A stretch of DNA of 64,000 nt from Escherichia phage momo. Below the pieces are notes generated by a model, which had not been told where the DNA came from, ran no database searches, and saw only the letters and a list, made by a program, of their open reading frames with translations. Location of the stretch: sequence record MN850580.1; one strand, given 5' to 3'. Shown here in pieces: positions 45,064 to 55,468 of the stretch. A program made the position numbers and the translations under genes. Position 1 is the stretch's first letter, and each line of letters starts with the position of its first letter.

Positions 45064-46136
45064 TAAGGAACCTCTAAAAATCCACTATTCAAATCATCTA
45101 CAACAGTATTCAATAGGTACGCACCGTTCTGTTGCTCCTGATTAGCATTCTGCTCTTTATCAATTTCCATCTTCTTAATCATGTACTTCAAAGGTGGTTC
45201 TTTAGGAGCTACAAAATCTCTGGGAATGCCAAACATATCATACAGTGGGGCAGCATTATAGTAAACCCACTCATGAAGAAGCTTTGTATTTAAGCCAACT
45301 ACAGCACGTCCTTCGGAGAAGATATAATACGACCATTTCTCTTCACTTTCAACTACTTCATCTAAGATTACTTTAATCTCTGGAAGAATTTGTTGAAAAG
45401 CTTTCTGCCACTCATCATCTCTTAAAGTTTCTTTTAAAACTTCAATATCAATTTTAGTGTGAAGGATTTCGTCAAGCATAATTTTCTGGACAGCTTGAGC
45501 AATACCTTGAAATTTATCTTGAGCATCAAGTGCAAAAGTACATGCAAAGGATGCCATAAAAGATATTCCTTCCAGTGCAGTCACTGCAAATAGACCTTTC
45601 AGAATCACTTTATGGAAGTGTAAAGGGTCTTTGTCCAGAAGTGAGTCACGCACATAACTCAGACGATAGTTTATACCTTCATCCAGTAATTCTTCAAGAA
45701 CACGATTCACAGTTTTTAATCGGTCTTGCACAGCAACATTCTGGTTAATCTCATCTAAGATTGTTTCAGGATTTTTAATACATTGCCTTACAATCTCTGA
45801 GTAAGTAAGAGCATGTAGGTTTTCAATCTCAGACTGCTTCATAATTGCAGTTGCATAAATGTCATCAGAGATGAATGGTGCAAAGGCAAACGCTAAACTC
45901 TTAGCAACTTGGGTATCTGCTTCCCACTGCCACTTAAGAATCTCAAGCATTACACCTGACATTGATGCTGGCACACTCTCAAAATCAAGACGTGATTGTT
46001 CAAAAGGGAACTCATCTTCTGACCAGTCTTGTGCTTTTTGTTGTTTATATAACTCAAAGATTTTTGGGTAGTGCTTGTTAAGTGAGTCAAATGTCTTTCT
46101 CTCACCACCTAAAAAGATTGGGTGTTGGTTAATCAT
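45063..46136 (-). CDS. nrdB: ribonucleotide reductase class I beta subunit
   Basis: EIENLHALTYSEIV and DEILHTKID resemble R2 di-iron ligand motifs; start set at MINQHPIF. Confidence 0.7.
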   Translation of the reverse strand: MINQHPIFLGGERKTFDSLNKHYPKIFELYKQQKAQDWSEDEFPFEQSRLDFESVPASMSGVMLEILKWQWEADTQVAKSLAFAFAPFISDDIYATAIMKQSEIENLHALTYSEIVRQCIKNPETILDEINQNVAVQDRLKTVNRVLEELLDEGINYRLSYVRDSLLDKDPLHFHKVILKGLFAVTALEGISFMASFACTFALDAQDKFQGIAQAVQKIMLDEILHTKIDIEVLKETLRDDEWQKAFQQILPEIKVILDEVVESEEKWSYYIFSEGRAVVGLNTKLLHEWVYYNAAPLYDMFGIPRDFVAPKEPPLKYMIKKMEIDKEQNANQEQQNGAYLLNTVVDDLNSGFLEVP

Positions 46137-46390
46137 AGTGTGATTTCTCCTTTCTTTATCATCTCTAAGGCTTGTTTTCTGTCTAAAACTTCCCAATTTT
46201 CTTTGTTAAACATGTCATAAGGTCTTGCATAGATTTTACCATCTGCTGTAGAGATGTAAGAGACACCATCGACCCATGAGTCATCATTTTGTTTTATCAT
46301 CATATCTGTGCTACTCACATAGTACAGCGTTTTCCGAGGTTTGTGGAGCAAGTATATGGGATGCTCGTGATTTGCTATTAAGTCTTTCAT
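46133..46390 (-). CDS. hypothetical protein between nrdA and nrdB
   Basis: Start set at internal MKDLIANHEHP to avoid overlap with nrdA. Confidence 0.35.
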   Translation of the reverse strand: MKDLIANHEHPIYLLHKPRKTLYYVSSTDMMIKQNDDSWVDGVSYISTADGKIYARPYDMFNKENWEVLDRKQALEMIKKGEITL

Positions 46391-46445
46391 AGTCTCTCCA
46401 AAGTTAATTTTAGAGGGTCTTTTACGACCCTCATAGTTATTAAAA

Positions 46446-48680
46446 CTAAACACCACAACCCTCGCAATAAGCATCTTGCAGTGCAGATTTACCTACACCA
46501 ATGCGGCTGTTAAGGTAGTACATGGTTTTCATACCTACCGAGTTGGCATAAATCATGTACTTCAGAGCTTGAGCCAATGATACCTTCTTAGACTTTGCAT
46601 AGTCAACATAGAAGTCTGAAGAGATAGCCTGACCAGTGAACTTTTGAACAATTGCATAACAATCAATCATATCAAAGGTGTCAATATCCCAAGCAATCTC
46701 ATAGACATACTTCAACTCTTCATAATCTGGAACAATAAACAGTACGTTACCAGTTGCAGACTTTTTAGTTAAAATAAAGTCACGAATTGGGTACAAGCCA
46801 TTTGTCGTATTAGTTGCCAGTGAAGAACTCTCATTAGGCATATAAGCCTCAAGTACAGAGTTTCGGATTCCACCATTTTCTTTGATACGTTGTGCTAAGT
46901 CGTCCCAATCATATCGTAGTTTTGCATCATGCTTTTCATCAATCTTCTTGTTAGCTGTCTTTGGAGGAACCCATCCTTCAGGATACTTAGTGAACTTCAT
47001 GTACTCTGGAACGCCACGCTCTTTAGCAAGTCTCAGAGAGGCTTCATGCAGATAGTAAGAGTGCATCTCTGCAAGTTCATGAAGCTTCGTCTTACCTGCT
47101 CGTGAAGAGTAGTTCACGTAGTTCTTCGCAAGGTAATGAGCCACATTTGTAAGGCCAATCCCAACAGAACGACGCTTCTGAACATGGTTACGCATCGACG
47201 GATACGGATAATCCATAAGGTCAATAACGGAGTCAACCATTGCAAGAGCATAATAAGCAACGTCAGCGTATTCATCTTCTGAAATTCTCCCTGCAACCAA
47301 ACTAGCTAGGAAGCAAAGAGCCACCTCACCATCCTCTTTCACAGCATCGTCTCTGTAAAGGTCTGTCTCTTTCTCAAAACCATACACTGGCAACACAATT
47401 TCCATACAAAGATTTGACATCTTCAAAGGCTCTTTAAATGGTGTATGTGTGTTCGCATTATTTGTGAAGAATGGATACACACGGCCTGTTGCGTAACGCT
47501 GCTGAATAAACAGTTTAGCAATTTCACGAGCCTTTACTCGTCTGTGCTTAACTCCTGAATGTACTGCGTGACCAACTGCCATAGCAAACTCATCAGCAGA
47601 TGCTGTGTAGAACATGTCATAGAGTTTTGGTGCATCTTTGTAAGAGAATAGCAACCAATCTGTATCATACTGGACACACTGCCAGAAATAATCGTTTGTG
47701 CCGAATGAGTAGTCCATCTCATTAATACGTTTAGAAGGAACCGTTGTAGGGTGCTTCAAACGCAGTAAATCTTCAATCTGCGGGTCTAGAGCAGTGTAAA
47801 AGTTATTAGCTGAACCACCACGGCTCTTCTGTTTGTTTGCCTCTACAGATGAACGTACAAGCTTGTAATAAGGTAGCTTACCCATGTGCTCAATAGTATT
47901 TTGACGGATACCATCACCAATAGTGCGAGTCTCCATCAGCATACCAATACCAGCTTGCTTTGTAGTCATATCATAAGCAACCTTTGCAGCAATACCAAGT
48001 GATTCAGCAGTATCATTTGCCTTAATCAAACAGCATGACGCATAGCCTGACTTGGTGGCTCTTAAACCGTTTAAATAAGGTGTAGGAGCATTAATCTTCA
48101 GGTCAGACAGGTAAGTGTACAGCTTGATAACATCTTGCAGTCTACGGTGCTTTGGTTGCTTCTCAAAGGCTTTCATAGCCATACCCATAAACATAAACTG
48201 TGGTGACTCAAAAAGTCTTCCAGTTTTAATATCACGGATACCGTACTTGTCTCTGAACTGTTTCAAGACTGCATAACCGTAAGAGATATCTTTTGAGTGT
48301 ACGATGTAACCTTGCAGGTATTCAAGCTCTTCCTGTGAATAGTCCATCTTCTCCCAAAGTCCTGCTCTCTCCATATTTTTAACGAAGGTAATCAGTGTAG
48401 GAACCTTAGTAAAGCCTCCAAAGGCTTCTTTGTAGATAATACCCAAAAGTAGCCGTCCAGCCATGTCTGAGTACTCTTGAGTTTGTTTATCAACACAAAC
48501 ATCAATCATGGCTTGGTGCATCTCTTTTGTAGTGCATCCTTCATAGACACGTTTCATGGCTTCCATAGTGACTTCTGACCAGATAATTCCACGCTTATCT
48601 GCCCATGATGCCCACTTGTTCAGTCTTTCTGGGTCAAAGCTTACTACTGTACCGTTTGATTTTTTAATTGTCTTAATCAT
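46446..48680 (-). CDS. nrdA: ribonucleotide reductase class I alpha subunit
   Basis: 744 aa; N-terminal ATP-cone (IKKSNGTVVSFDPERLNKW); adjacent nrdB. Confidence 0.8.
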   Translation of the reverse strand: MIKTIKKSNGTVVSFDPERLNKWASWADKRGIIWSEVTMEAMKRVYEGCTTKEMHQAMIDVCVDKQTQEYSDMAGRLLLGIIYKEAFGGFTKVPTLITFVKNMERAGLWEKMDYSQEELEYLQGYIVHSKDISYGYAVLKQFRDKYGIRDIKTGRLFESPQFMFMGMAMKAFEKQPKHRRLQDVIKLYTYLSDLKINAPTPYLNGLRATKSGYASCCLIKANDTAESLGIAAKVAYDMTTKQAGIGMLMETRTIGDGIRQNTIEHMGKLPYYKLVRSSVEANKQKSRGGSANNFYTALDPQIEDLLRLKHPTTVPSKRINEMDYSFGTNDYFWQCVQYDTDWLLFSYKDAPKLYDMFYTASADEFAMAVGHAVHSGVKHRRVKAREIAKLFIQQRYATGRVYPFFTNNANTHTPFKEPLKMSNLCMEIVLPVYGFEKETDLYRDDAVKEDGEVALCFLASLVAGRISEDEYADVAYYALAMVDSVIDLMDYPYPSMRNHVQKRRSVGIGLTNVAHYLAKNYVNYSSRAGKTKLHELAEMHSYYLHEASLRLAKERGVPEYMKFTKYPEGWVPPKTANKKIDEKHDAKLRYDWDDLAQRIKENGGIRNSVLEAYMPNESSSLATNTTNGLYPIRDFILTKKSATGNVLFIVPDYEELKYVYEIAWDIDTFDMIDCYAIVQKFTGQAISSDFYVDYAKSKKVSLAQALKYMIYANSVGMKTMYYLNSRIGVGKSALQDAYCEGCGV

Positions 48681-48696
48681 TTTTGAATCCTACAGA

Positions 48697-48720
48697 TGAA
48701 AAGAGCCTCCGAAGAGGCTC
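48697..48720 (-). terminator. terminator / attenuator upstream of nrdA
   Basis: GAGCCTC-CGAA-GAGGCTC; minus strand followed by TTTTCATC. Confidence 0.5.
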
Positions 48721-48726
48721 CATAGT

Positions 48727-49062
48727 TTAAATCTTGAAAATTTGCTCATTCTGCCACATATCGTAAAACTTATCACTTACTTTTGTGACTGAAGAAGTGT
48801 GCATACAATTTAGGAACCATGATGGTGCGCTAGCATCCATAATTGTTTCAAGTTTTTGTGTAACGTTCACATCCATGTCTGCAACAACGTAATTACCTCT
48901 CATCTTGCAAACAATTCTTCCAAACAAGATTGCACTTCTGCCTCTTCGGTCATCACAGTACATAACTGTGTCTCCGTGCTTGATATCTTGTCCGATACTG
49001 TCAACACCTAACTTAGCACCTGAGATGATGTCATCATAAGATAGCTTTTTTGCTTTAGACAC
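48727..49062 (-). CDS. hypothetical protein
   Basis: 111-aa ORF. Confidence 0.4.
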   Translation of the reverse strand: MSKAKKLSYDDIISGAKLGVDSIGQDIKHGDTVMYCDDRRGRSAILFGRIVCKMRGNYVVADMDVNVTQKLETIMDASAPSWFLNCMHTSSVTKVSDKFYDMWQNEQIFKI

Positions 49063-49387
49063 GGTATTTCTCCAAGTTTCTTTTTAGATACAACCAACCA
49101 TAGTCAGTCCTTTCTACACCCATAAAGAGTGGAGCCATCACAACTTTACCGAAAGTATTCCTGTGTTGGCAGATTTCAAAGGAATACTCTTTCTCAATAT
49201 CAATCCCGTATTTGTACAGGACTGCTTTTAAAACTTGTTCATTGTCCAGAAGTGTATCTGGAGTCTCACCATATTTTTCTAGTAACGGGTCATTCATAAA
49301 CACCGTCATAGAAATATTGTAGTTTGAGAAGTGGCTCTTCTGAGCCACACCCTCTTTATTAATGTTCTGTGAATCCATTATAACCAA
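49055..49387 (-). CDS. hypothetical protein
   Basis: 110-aa ORF. Confidence 0.4.
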   Translation of the reverse strand: MVIMDSQNINKEGVAQKSHFSNYNISMTVFMNDPLLEKYGETPDTLLDNEQVLKAVLYKYGIDIEKEYSFEICQHRNTFGKVVMAPLFMGVERTDYGWLYLKRNLEKYRV

Positions 49388-50114
49388 CCCCTTTTAACCA
49401 GCACTTCAGGTTATTAGCATCATAATTCAGTTTCGGGTATGAAGTTACATGGAACTGCTCACCATCATAGTAGACAATATCTGCAATCCATAGTCCGTTC
49501 TCTTTACAGAAGTCTTTATCTGCTTTAGAGGTAATTGGATTAACTTCTACAAAACCATCTACACCCAAATCCTTTAAGCTACCTACAATACCTTTGCAGA
49601 TAACGCATGTCTCAGATACTACCACAAAAAGTTCTTGGCTTTCAAGTTCTACAATGTATTCACCAAGCTGTACTTTAGGGAGATTTGATTGCTTCATAAT
49701 CTTCCCATCGGCTGCACGAACAATAGCATACCACTCTTTACCATCAACTACTGACATTCTGATAATACACTCTTGACCAGTACGCTTTTCAATGTCTGCA
49801 AGACGTTTTAAAGCTTCTTCATAGTCATCTGTGTACTTCAGGTCATTATTACGGCAAACAGCTTTCATAGCACCGTTATGGTCATGTTGTGACAGATAAA
49901 TCAAGCCGTCAAGAACATATTGCAAATCTGCCTGAGCATCCAGTGTCTCAATGGGGTCTTTCTCTTCAATTGCTTTTACAAGCTCTTTTGCTTCTTCAAG
50001 CATACACAGAGATTGAGATTTTAAAGATTCCCAATACTCATCACTGTAAGGTTGCTTTTGAGTGTTTCCACAACGAAGGTTCCAGTTTTTTACTGATTCT
50101 CTTGAGTTAAACAT
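49359..50114 (-). CDS. hypothetical protein, possible MazG-like NTP pyrophosphohydrolase N-domain
   Basis: EEAKELVKAIEEKDPIETLDAQAD resembles MazG EExxE...D pattern; weak. Confidence 0.3.
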   Translation of the reverse strand: MFNSRESVKNWNLRCGNTQKQPYSDEYWESLKSQSLCMLEEAKELVKAIEEKDPIETLDAQADLQYVLDGLIYLSQHDHNGAMKAVCRNNDLKYTDDYEEALKRLADIEKRTGQECIIRMSVVDGKEWYAIVRAADGKIMKQSNLPKVQLGEYIVELESQELFVVVSETCVICKGIVGSLKDLGVDGFVEVNPITSKADKDFCKENGLWIADIVYYDGEQFHVTSYPKLNYDANNLKCWLKGVGYNGFTEH

Positions 50115-50353
50115 TCGGACTCCTTAAAATATTTGTTAACCTTTAGCTCTCGTGTTTCAATATATTCTAGATGTTCACGTAGCTCTTGACGTTTAAGCAT
50201 TAGGTGCTGCATTTGAGACTCAACAGCTTCAACTTCTTTAATTATTGACTCTCTAGCATTTGCAAGGATGCGCTCAAGTTCTTCAATTTTGCTGTCAACT
50301 TTTGCTACATGACTCACAGCTTTACTTTTGTTAAACATTTTATTCTCTCTCAA
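50090..50353 (-). CDS. hypothetical coiled-coil protein
   Basis: 87-aa ORF. Confidence 0.35.
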   Translation of the reverse strand: MRENKMFNKSKAVSHVAKVDSKIEELERILANARESIIKEVEAVESQMQHLMLKRQELREHLEYIETRELKVNKYFKESECLTQENQ

Positions 50354-50359
50354 TAGTTA

Positions 50360-50857
50360 TCAAGCACAATTTGCTTTCATTACCTTATGGATTCTTTTTT
50401 CAGCATCTTCATAAGTTTCTTTAGTGATAAACTTAATTGCTGCAATATTGGCATTGTAGAAGAGTCTGAGCTTAGAGTCAATCCTTTTTGTCATTACATC
50501 GAATTTATGTTGAAGGTTTGCTTCACCATAGACTAGGCCACCTTTTGTGTAGTAGGTCTGAATAATGTAAAAGTCAAAAAATTCTTTTCCAAAACTCTCA
50601 ATATCTTTTTTAATATACTCAGAAGAAGTCTCATAAGTCATCCAATCACTTTCCTTAGTGACTATCTTCTTCCGAGTCTTCCCAGCAACTTTTCTTTTGG
50701 TCACACTGTTAAACTGTTTCTTTCCGATATAATACTGTCCAGTCTTCTTACAGTGTACTAAATAGACAAAGCCAAAATGTTTAGTGGGGTCAACTTCCCC
50801 ACATAAAGATACCCAATGACCATAGGTAGGGCAATTACCAAAACCTTTAATCTTCAT
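50360..50857 (-). CDS. putative GIY-YIG domain endonuclease
   Basis: GFVYLVHCKKTGQYYIGKK resembles GIY-(10 aa)-YIG motif. Confidence 0.4.
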   Translation of the reverse strand: MKIKGFGNCPTYGHWVSLCGEVDPTKHFGFVYLVHCKKTGQYYIGKKQFNSVTKRKVAGKTRKKIVTKESDWMTYETSSEYIKKDIESFGKEFFDFYIIQTYYTKGGLVYGEANLQHKFDVMTKRIDSKLRLFYNANIAAIKFITKETYEDAEKRIHKVMKANCA

Positions 50858-51887
50858 TCATACACGGCTCCCAATTATATTTCTTAAAAGAGAAATTATC
50901 TTTTGGATTTCTCTCTTGATATGCTATCCAGAAATGCTGTTCCATTAACTCTAACGGTGTCTTTGTAACAGTCTGTCCATCCCATGACACGTAGGTATAA
51001 GAGTCTTTTTTAGCATAGAGTTCATAGATAGCATCAAGACACTCTTTGTAAGTCTCTTTACCATCCAAAGCATTCATCACAGCCACTTTACCAGCACCTT
51101 TTAGGCCGAAGTAGTTGTCTGCATTATCTCCAGCAACAGCCTGATAACACAAGAATTTAAAACCTACACCAACTGTTTTTGCAGCTTTTGGTTTTGATTT
51201 GATAGGACAATCCCAGATATCACCAACATTATTGTCAGCAATAAAGATTAGTGGTGATTTTTCATAAGTCATATCAATACAATAAGTCCCTTCAGCTTGT
51301 CGAAGGTCTTTGTCAATACTCATAAGAGCAGCTTTCTTACCCATCTTTTCAGCTTTAGCAATTACGATTGAATCGGCTTCGAAGCCTCCCCTTAAGAGTT
51401 TGAACTCTGGTCTTGACAGAAGATATTCACGACAAGCAACTAAGTGTGTTGGTGTGACAGCATCTTTACGGTTACCTTGATATTGGTGCTCAAGACCTTT
51501 AATGTCTTTATGTTTATGCACACCTTTCTCTGTTAAGTAACCTACCCAAGTTCTCTCTTTACCAACAACCTTAAGCCATTCCTGAAGAACCTGTTGAGTA
51601 GCCATGATAGCTTCTTTTTCACTCTTAGCTTCTTTCCAAGTCTGTCTTTCCCATTCATCTTCATCAAATGCTAGGCCAAGTTCTTCCACAAGGATTCTCT
51701 GGTCTGCTAACCATCTTGCAGCATCTTTAGCATTATCAAATGGCTCAGATTCTTCTGCTGTGAGTTTATTGACATATTTATATTTTGCTTTCTCAACTAC
51801 ACAAGCACCTTTATAGGCAATACTATCAGAGTCAATAAAAACATGTGTAACTGAATCGGGAAGTTTTGTTAATGTGTACTTCTCCAT
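50847..51887 (-). CDS. 5'-3' exonuclease / flap endonuclease (T7 gp6-like)
   Basis: H3TH-like motif AGDNADNYFGLKGAGKVAV; N-terminal acidic VFIDSDSIAY. Confidence 0.65.
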   Translation of the reverse strand: MEKYTLTKLPDSVTHVFIDSDSIAYKGACVVEKAKYKYVNKLTAEESEPFDNAKDAARWLADQRILVEELGLAFDEDEWERQTWKEAKSEKEAIMATQQVLQEWLKVVGKERTWVGYLTEKGVHKHKDIKGLEHQYQGNRKDAVTPTHLVACREYLLSRPEFKLLRGGFEADSIVIAKAEKMGKKAALMSIDKDLRQAEGTYCIDMTYEKSPLIFIADNNVGDIWDCPIKSKPKAAKTVGVGFKFLCYQAVAGDNADNYFGLKGAGKVAVMNALDGKETYKECLDAIYELYAKKDSYTYVSWDGQTVTKTPLELMEQHFWIAYQERNPKDNFSFKKYNWEPCMNED

Positions 51888-51949
51888 TATGGCTCTCCAT
51901 ATGAAAAAGCCCCATACTAAGTACAGGGCTTTAAAGTAACTTTTAGAGA

Positions 51950-52807
51950 TTAGTCTTCTGTATCGAAGTCTTCATCTTCTTCGTCATCTGGGTCTGGCAA
52001 ATCTTCATCATCACCATCATCAGAAGCATTCGAAGGTTTATGGTCTGTTGCGTCTTCTTCAGTGATTTCACCGTTATCTTCAACACCATCAAGACCAAGC
52101 ATAGCCAGTTCATCTTCATCAAGTTCAGGTTCACCGTTAGCACCGTTACCACCAGTGTAAGGTACAAGAGTATCAATGATAAACTGTTCCTGAATAGGTT
52201 TTGTCAGAACATTGTTCTCAAAAGTGTAGAAGTGAGTAGAAAGAATCACACTACCAAAAGAACCGTTACCGACTGCAATATCTGGATGAATTACATCATA
52301 GTTCTTGTCATCTTCATGTTTATCAGATGCTTGAGCTTTGATTTTCTTCATCGGCTGTTTAACAGCTACACGCTTACCATTTACTTCTTCAATCAGCATC
52401 ACAGGGAATGACTGTTTAGCTGTCCATACAGCACCATCTTTATAAGCTGCTGCACGACTTACTTTCAAGATGTAGTAAGTGTCTGCTTCAAAAGGTGGTT
52501 TACAACCAAACTTCTCTTCGAAGTCATCTGCATCAACTGCTTCAGTAGTGACTTTATCCCAGCCTTCTGGATTTTTCTTAGACTTAGTAAACTCTTTAAA
52601 CAGTTTGTTACCGTCTTCTGCCAGAATTGATACGCTGTAGTTACAGTCTTTGCCTGGGAATTTCTTATCAATAGACTTACCTTTTCCCGGACGTGGTGAA
52701 GTGTTCAGGTAATAAAACCAGACATCTTTCAGCAGGTATCGCAGAGTTTGGCGTTCAGTACCATTGTATTTCTCTACCGGAGCTTTCATTTTAACAACTT
52801 TAGACAT
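51950..52807 (-). CDS. putative single-stranded DNA-binding protein (T7 gp2.5-like)
   Basis: 285 aa with strongly acidic C-terminal tail ending DEEDEDFDTED. Confidence 0.45.
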   Translation of the reverse strand: MSKVVKMKAPVEKYNGTERQTLRYLLKDVWFYYLNTSPRPGKGKSIDKKFPGKDCNYSVSILAEDGNKLFKEFTKSKKNPEGWDKVTTEAVDADDFEEKFGCKPPFEADTYYILKVSRAAAYKDGAVWTAKQSFPVMLIEEVNGKRVAVKQPMKKIKAQASDKHEDDKNYDVIHPDIAVGNGSFGSVILSTHFYTFENNVLTKPIQEQFIIDTLVPYTGGNGANGEPELDEDELAMLGLDGVEDNGEITEEDATDHKPSNASDDGDDEDLPDPDDEEDEDFDTED

Positions 52808-53025
52808 TATTTAAACCTCTATCTCAATTTATGAAGAGTACCAATTCTAGTTTGTTGATACTCTATTGTCAAATACTAATTACTGGAAGTTGTGCTTATC
52901 TTTAGAAGCTGCTTTACGTGCAGTTTTTCCAGTTCTTACACGTTTTTCTTCATAGTATTTTGCTGGTTTTCCAGCAGTGGCTTTTAAGGAATCCCCAAAA
53001 ACTTTTTCAAATGCTTTAGAGTGTT

Positions 53026-53319
53026 TCATGATATTCTCCGATATACTTGATATTCAAACACATTTTCTTTAATTATAAACAGCCAACTAATATTATGCTG
53101 AGGCAGCGCAATGATGACTGTAATCATGCTCTGGTGAAAATCTTCTTTTATCTCAACCTCTCCATCGCATTTCATGAGGAGCATTCTATAGAATCTATCA
53201 ATCTTTGTCAAACACTCTTCCTGAAATTTATTTAAACTTTTTTCTTCAAAGAAGGGTGTGAACCCCTCTCTTTTATAACTATCACTCAGTTTCGAATGGG
53301 CAGTCATCTGCATCCTCAC
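53026..53319 (-). CDS. hypothetical protein
   Basis: 97-aa ORF. Confidence 0.35.
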   Translation of the reverse strand: MRMQMTAHSKLSDSYKREGFTPFFEEKSLNKFQEECLTKIDRFYRMLLMKCDGEVEIKEDFHQSMITVIIALPQHNISWLFIIKENVFEYQVYRRIS

Positions 53320-55273
53320 TTAATACAGGTGGAATCGTTGAGCTTTGGCGCTGCTCTTCAGTATAGACTTCACCAGTCTCACGGTCAAACACTTCATCCT
53401 CATAATGTGGCAAAGAGTCATCGTAATGGTCTTCAGCTTCACCAATACCAAACTGTTGGCGAATATTTTCTGCTGCACCATCAATGTCAACTCCGCAACC
53501 AGATGCTTTGATGAGGCGTCCTGTATCTGGATTGTACCAAGTATGACCAGCAATACCCGTTGACTTACCGTGACGACGACATTTAGTTAGCTTGATTTTT
53601 GTCAAGTTTTTCTTAACAGGGTCTGGGTCAACCTTGTTACGCATTAACAGAATGTTGTTCATAGAAATCTGGAAATACGCACCAGAGCCTTTAATATCCT
53701 CTTCAGAGATATCCCCACCTTCAGAGTTAGCCTTCTGACCACCTGCACTCTTACGAACGTGACAGACGTTCACTTGTGCATACTGGTAGCGTTTGCAACG
53801 ACGCAATAGCTCAGACAAAACTTCCTCTTCATCCGTATCTGAACGTGACAGAGCCAACGTAATAGGGTCAAGAATAATAATCTTACAGTCTAAGCTATTA
53901 ACAAGATAGTCAACAAACTCCAGTAAGTTATCTTGGTCAATTGCCCCTTGATGGTCTACGATGTGGATACGACGACCTTTAGATAGTTCTGCGTGCGCTC
54001 CCTTCAATTCATCCCAATCACGTTCGTCATAAGGAATCTCAGAAATCTGCTTGCTCAGGTGGATTGCACAGAGCATCTCCATCAACTCTTCATAGGTATC
54101 TTCTACAGGAATTACACCAATATTGTAATCGGTTTCTTTCCAAGCTGTGTAAATCATTTCACGAGTGTATGCTGATTTACCCACTGAAGATGGTGCTGCC
54201 AGAGTTGTAATCTCACCTAGTCCATAACCACCATAAGTCAGTCTGTTCAAATCTCCGAATGATTCTGGGAAAGGAATCAATGGAATCTGACCACGATTCT
54301 TCATTGCCTCAAAACCATCTGCGAAGTTCTTGATACCAGCAGGACAGTAACGAGGTGCATTGTAGATACGCTGCTTAAATCCTTCCAGAACTGTATCTTT
54401 CTCTTTATAGAACTTTGTCCACCATTCGTTAAGGTCTTTTACACCTTCTGGATACTGGAATAAACGAACCTTCTCGATAGGGAGAATGCCAGCAGCCTCT
54501 TTGGTAGCTTTAGCACCTGCTTCATCGTTATCAAAGCACAAGTAAATCTCATCAAATGATGTGATGTACTGATAGTTGTCTTTGATAGACTTAATGTTTG
54601 CACCTGATGGGACAGATACGTGACAGTAATTCTTACGACGAGACTTATCTTTAATCGCCAAAGAGGTCATGTAGATTGCTGTCGCACATTCCATCTCACC
54701 TTCCCAGATGAATAGACGGTTACCACCTTCTGGAGCAATCCATGAACCAAACATTGCCAGTTCACCTTTAATGTCTCCAACACCACCAGAAAAGTCTTTT
54801 AGCTTACCACGTAGGTGCTCTTTTGGATGGTCTTCTGGGTAACGGTGACGAACACGGTAGCCAACATGTTCTAGCTTACCATCTTCATTACGTTTGTAAG
54901 TTGGGTAGAAATGTGCGTCAATTTCACCATCACTGTCAATGTCAACCTTAATACCCAAACGCTCAAGAACTTTTGCAGGAATCTTCCTGTCTTTCAAGTC
55001 CATTGCTTCTAGGTTTTCTTTTACATCGTCTAAATCCATTCCACGGAAAGTACGGTTTTTATTGTCTGAACCAGTAGAATAAGTGCTCACGATTTGTCCT
55101 TTATCAAAATCCCACTCTGGGAAACCTTTCTTACAACTAAAGCAAGTCATCGAATAAGAATCATCGTCATGATGATAGATTGAACCAGCATCTGATGAAC
55201 CACAACGTGGACATGCACAATGACCAACAAACTGACCAGCCTCTTTCAATTTACGACCTTTAGACATTAGCAC
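53282..55273 (-). CDS. bifunctional DNA primase-helicase (T7 gp4-like)
   Basis: N-terminal zinc finger CACPRCG...CFSCKKG, TOPRIM LCFDNDEAG, Walker A APSSVGKSAYT. Confidence 0.85.
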   Translation of the reverse strand: MLMSKGRKLKEAGQFVGHCACPRCGSSDAGSIYHHDDDSYSMTCFSCKKGFPEWDFDKGQIVSTYSTGSDNKNRTFRGMDLDDVKENLEAMDLKDRKIPAKVLERLGIKVDIDSDGEIDAHFYPTYKRNEDGKLEHVGYRVRHRYPEDHPKEHLRGKLKDFSGGVGDIKGELAMFGSWIAPEGGNRLFIWEGEMECATAIYMTSLAIKDKSRRKNYCHVSVPSGANIKSIKDNYQYITSFDEIYLCFDNDEAGAKATKEAAGILPIEKVRLFQYPEGVKDLNEWWTKFYKEKDTVLEGFKQRIYNAPRYCPAGIKNFADGFEAMKNRGQIPLIPFPESFGDLNRLTYGGYGLGEITTLAAPSSVGKSAYTREMIYTAWKETDYNIGVIPVEDTYEELMEMLCAIHLSKQISEIPYDERDWDELKGAHAELSKGRRIHIVDHQGAIDQDNLLEFVDYLVNSLDCKIIILDPITLALSRSDTDEEEVLSELLRRCKRYQYAQVNVCHVRKSAGGQKANSEGGDISEEDIKGSGAYFQISMNNILLMRNKVDPDPVKKNLTKIKLTKCRRHGKSTGIAGHTWYNPDTGRLIKASGCGVDIDGAAENIRQQFGIGEAEDHYDDSLPHYEDEVFDRETGEVYTEEQRQSSTIPPVLSEDADDCPFETE

Positions 55274-55460
55274 CTCTTCGTTGTAGTTCTGCCTTCAATC
55301 CATTTTCAATCTTGTCCAGTTCATGAATTTCATCTGCAATCTCTTTCCTTCGTGATTCAACTCTCTTAAGACGTTCAATCATTACCTCATTGGAAAGAGA
55401 TGAGAGTTCCACTAAACGGTGGTCAATAACTTTAAAATTGTCTTTTACTCTCATCTTCAT
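55260..55460 (-). CDS. hypothetical small protein
   Basis: 66-aa ORF. Confidence 0.35.
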   Translation of the reverse strand: MKMRVKDNFKVIDHRLVELSSLSNEVMIERLKRVESRRKEIADEIHELDKIENGLKAELQRRGANV

Positions 55461-55468
55461 TCTCTCTT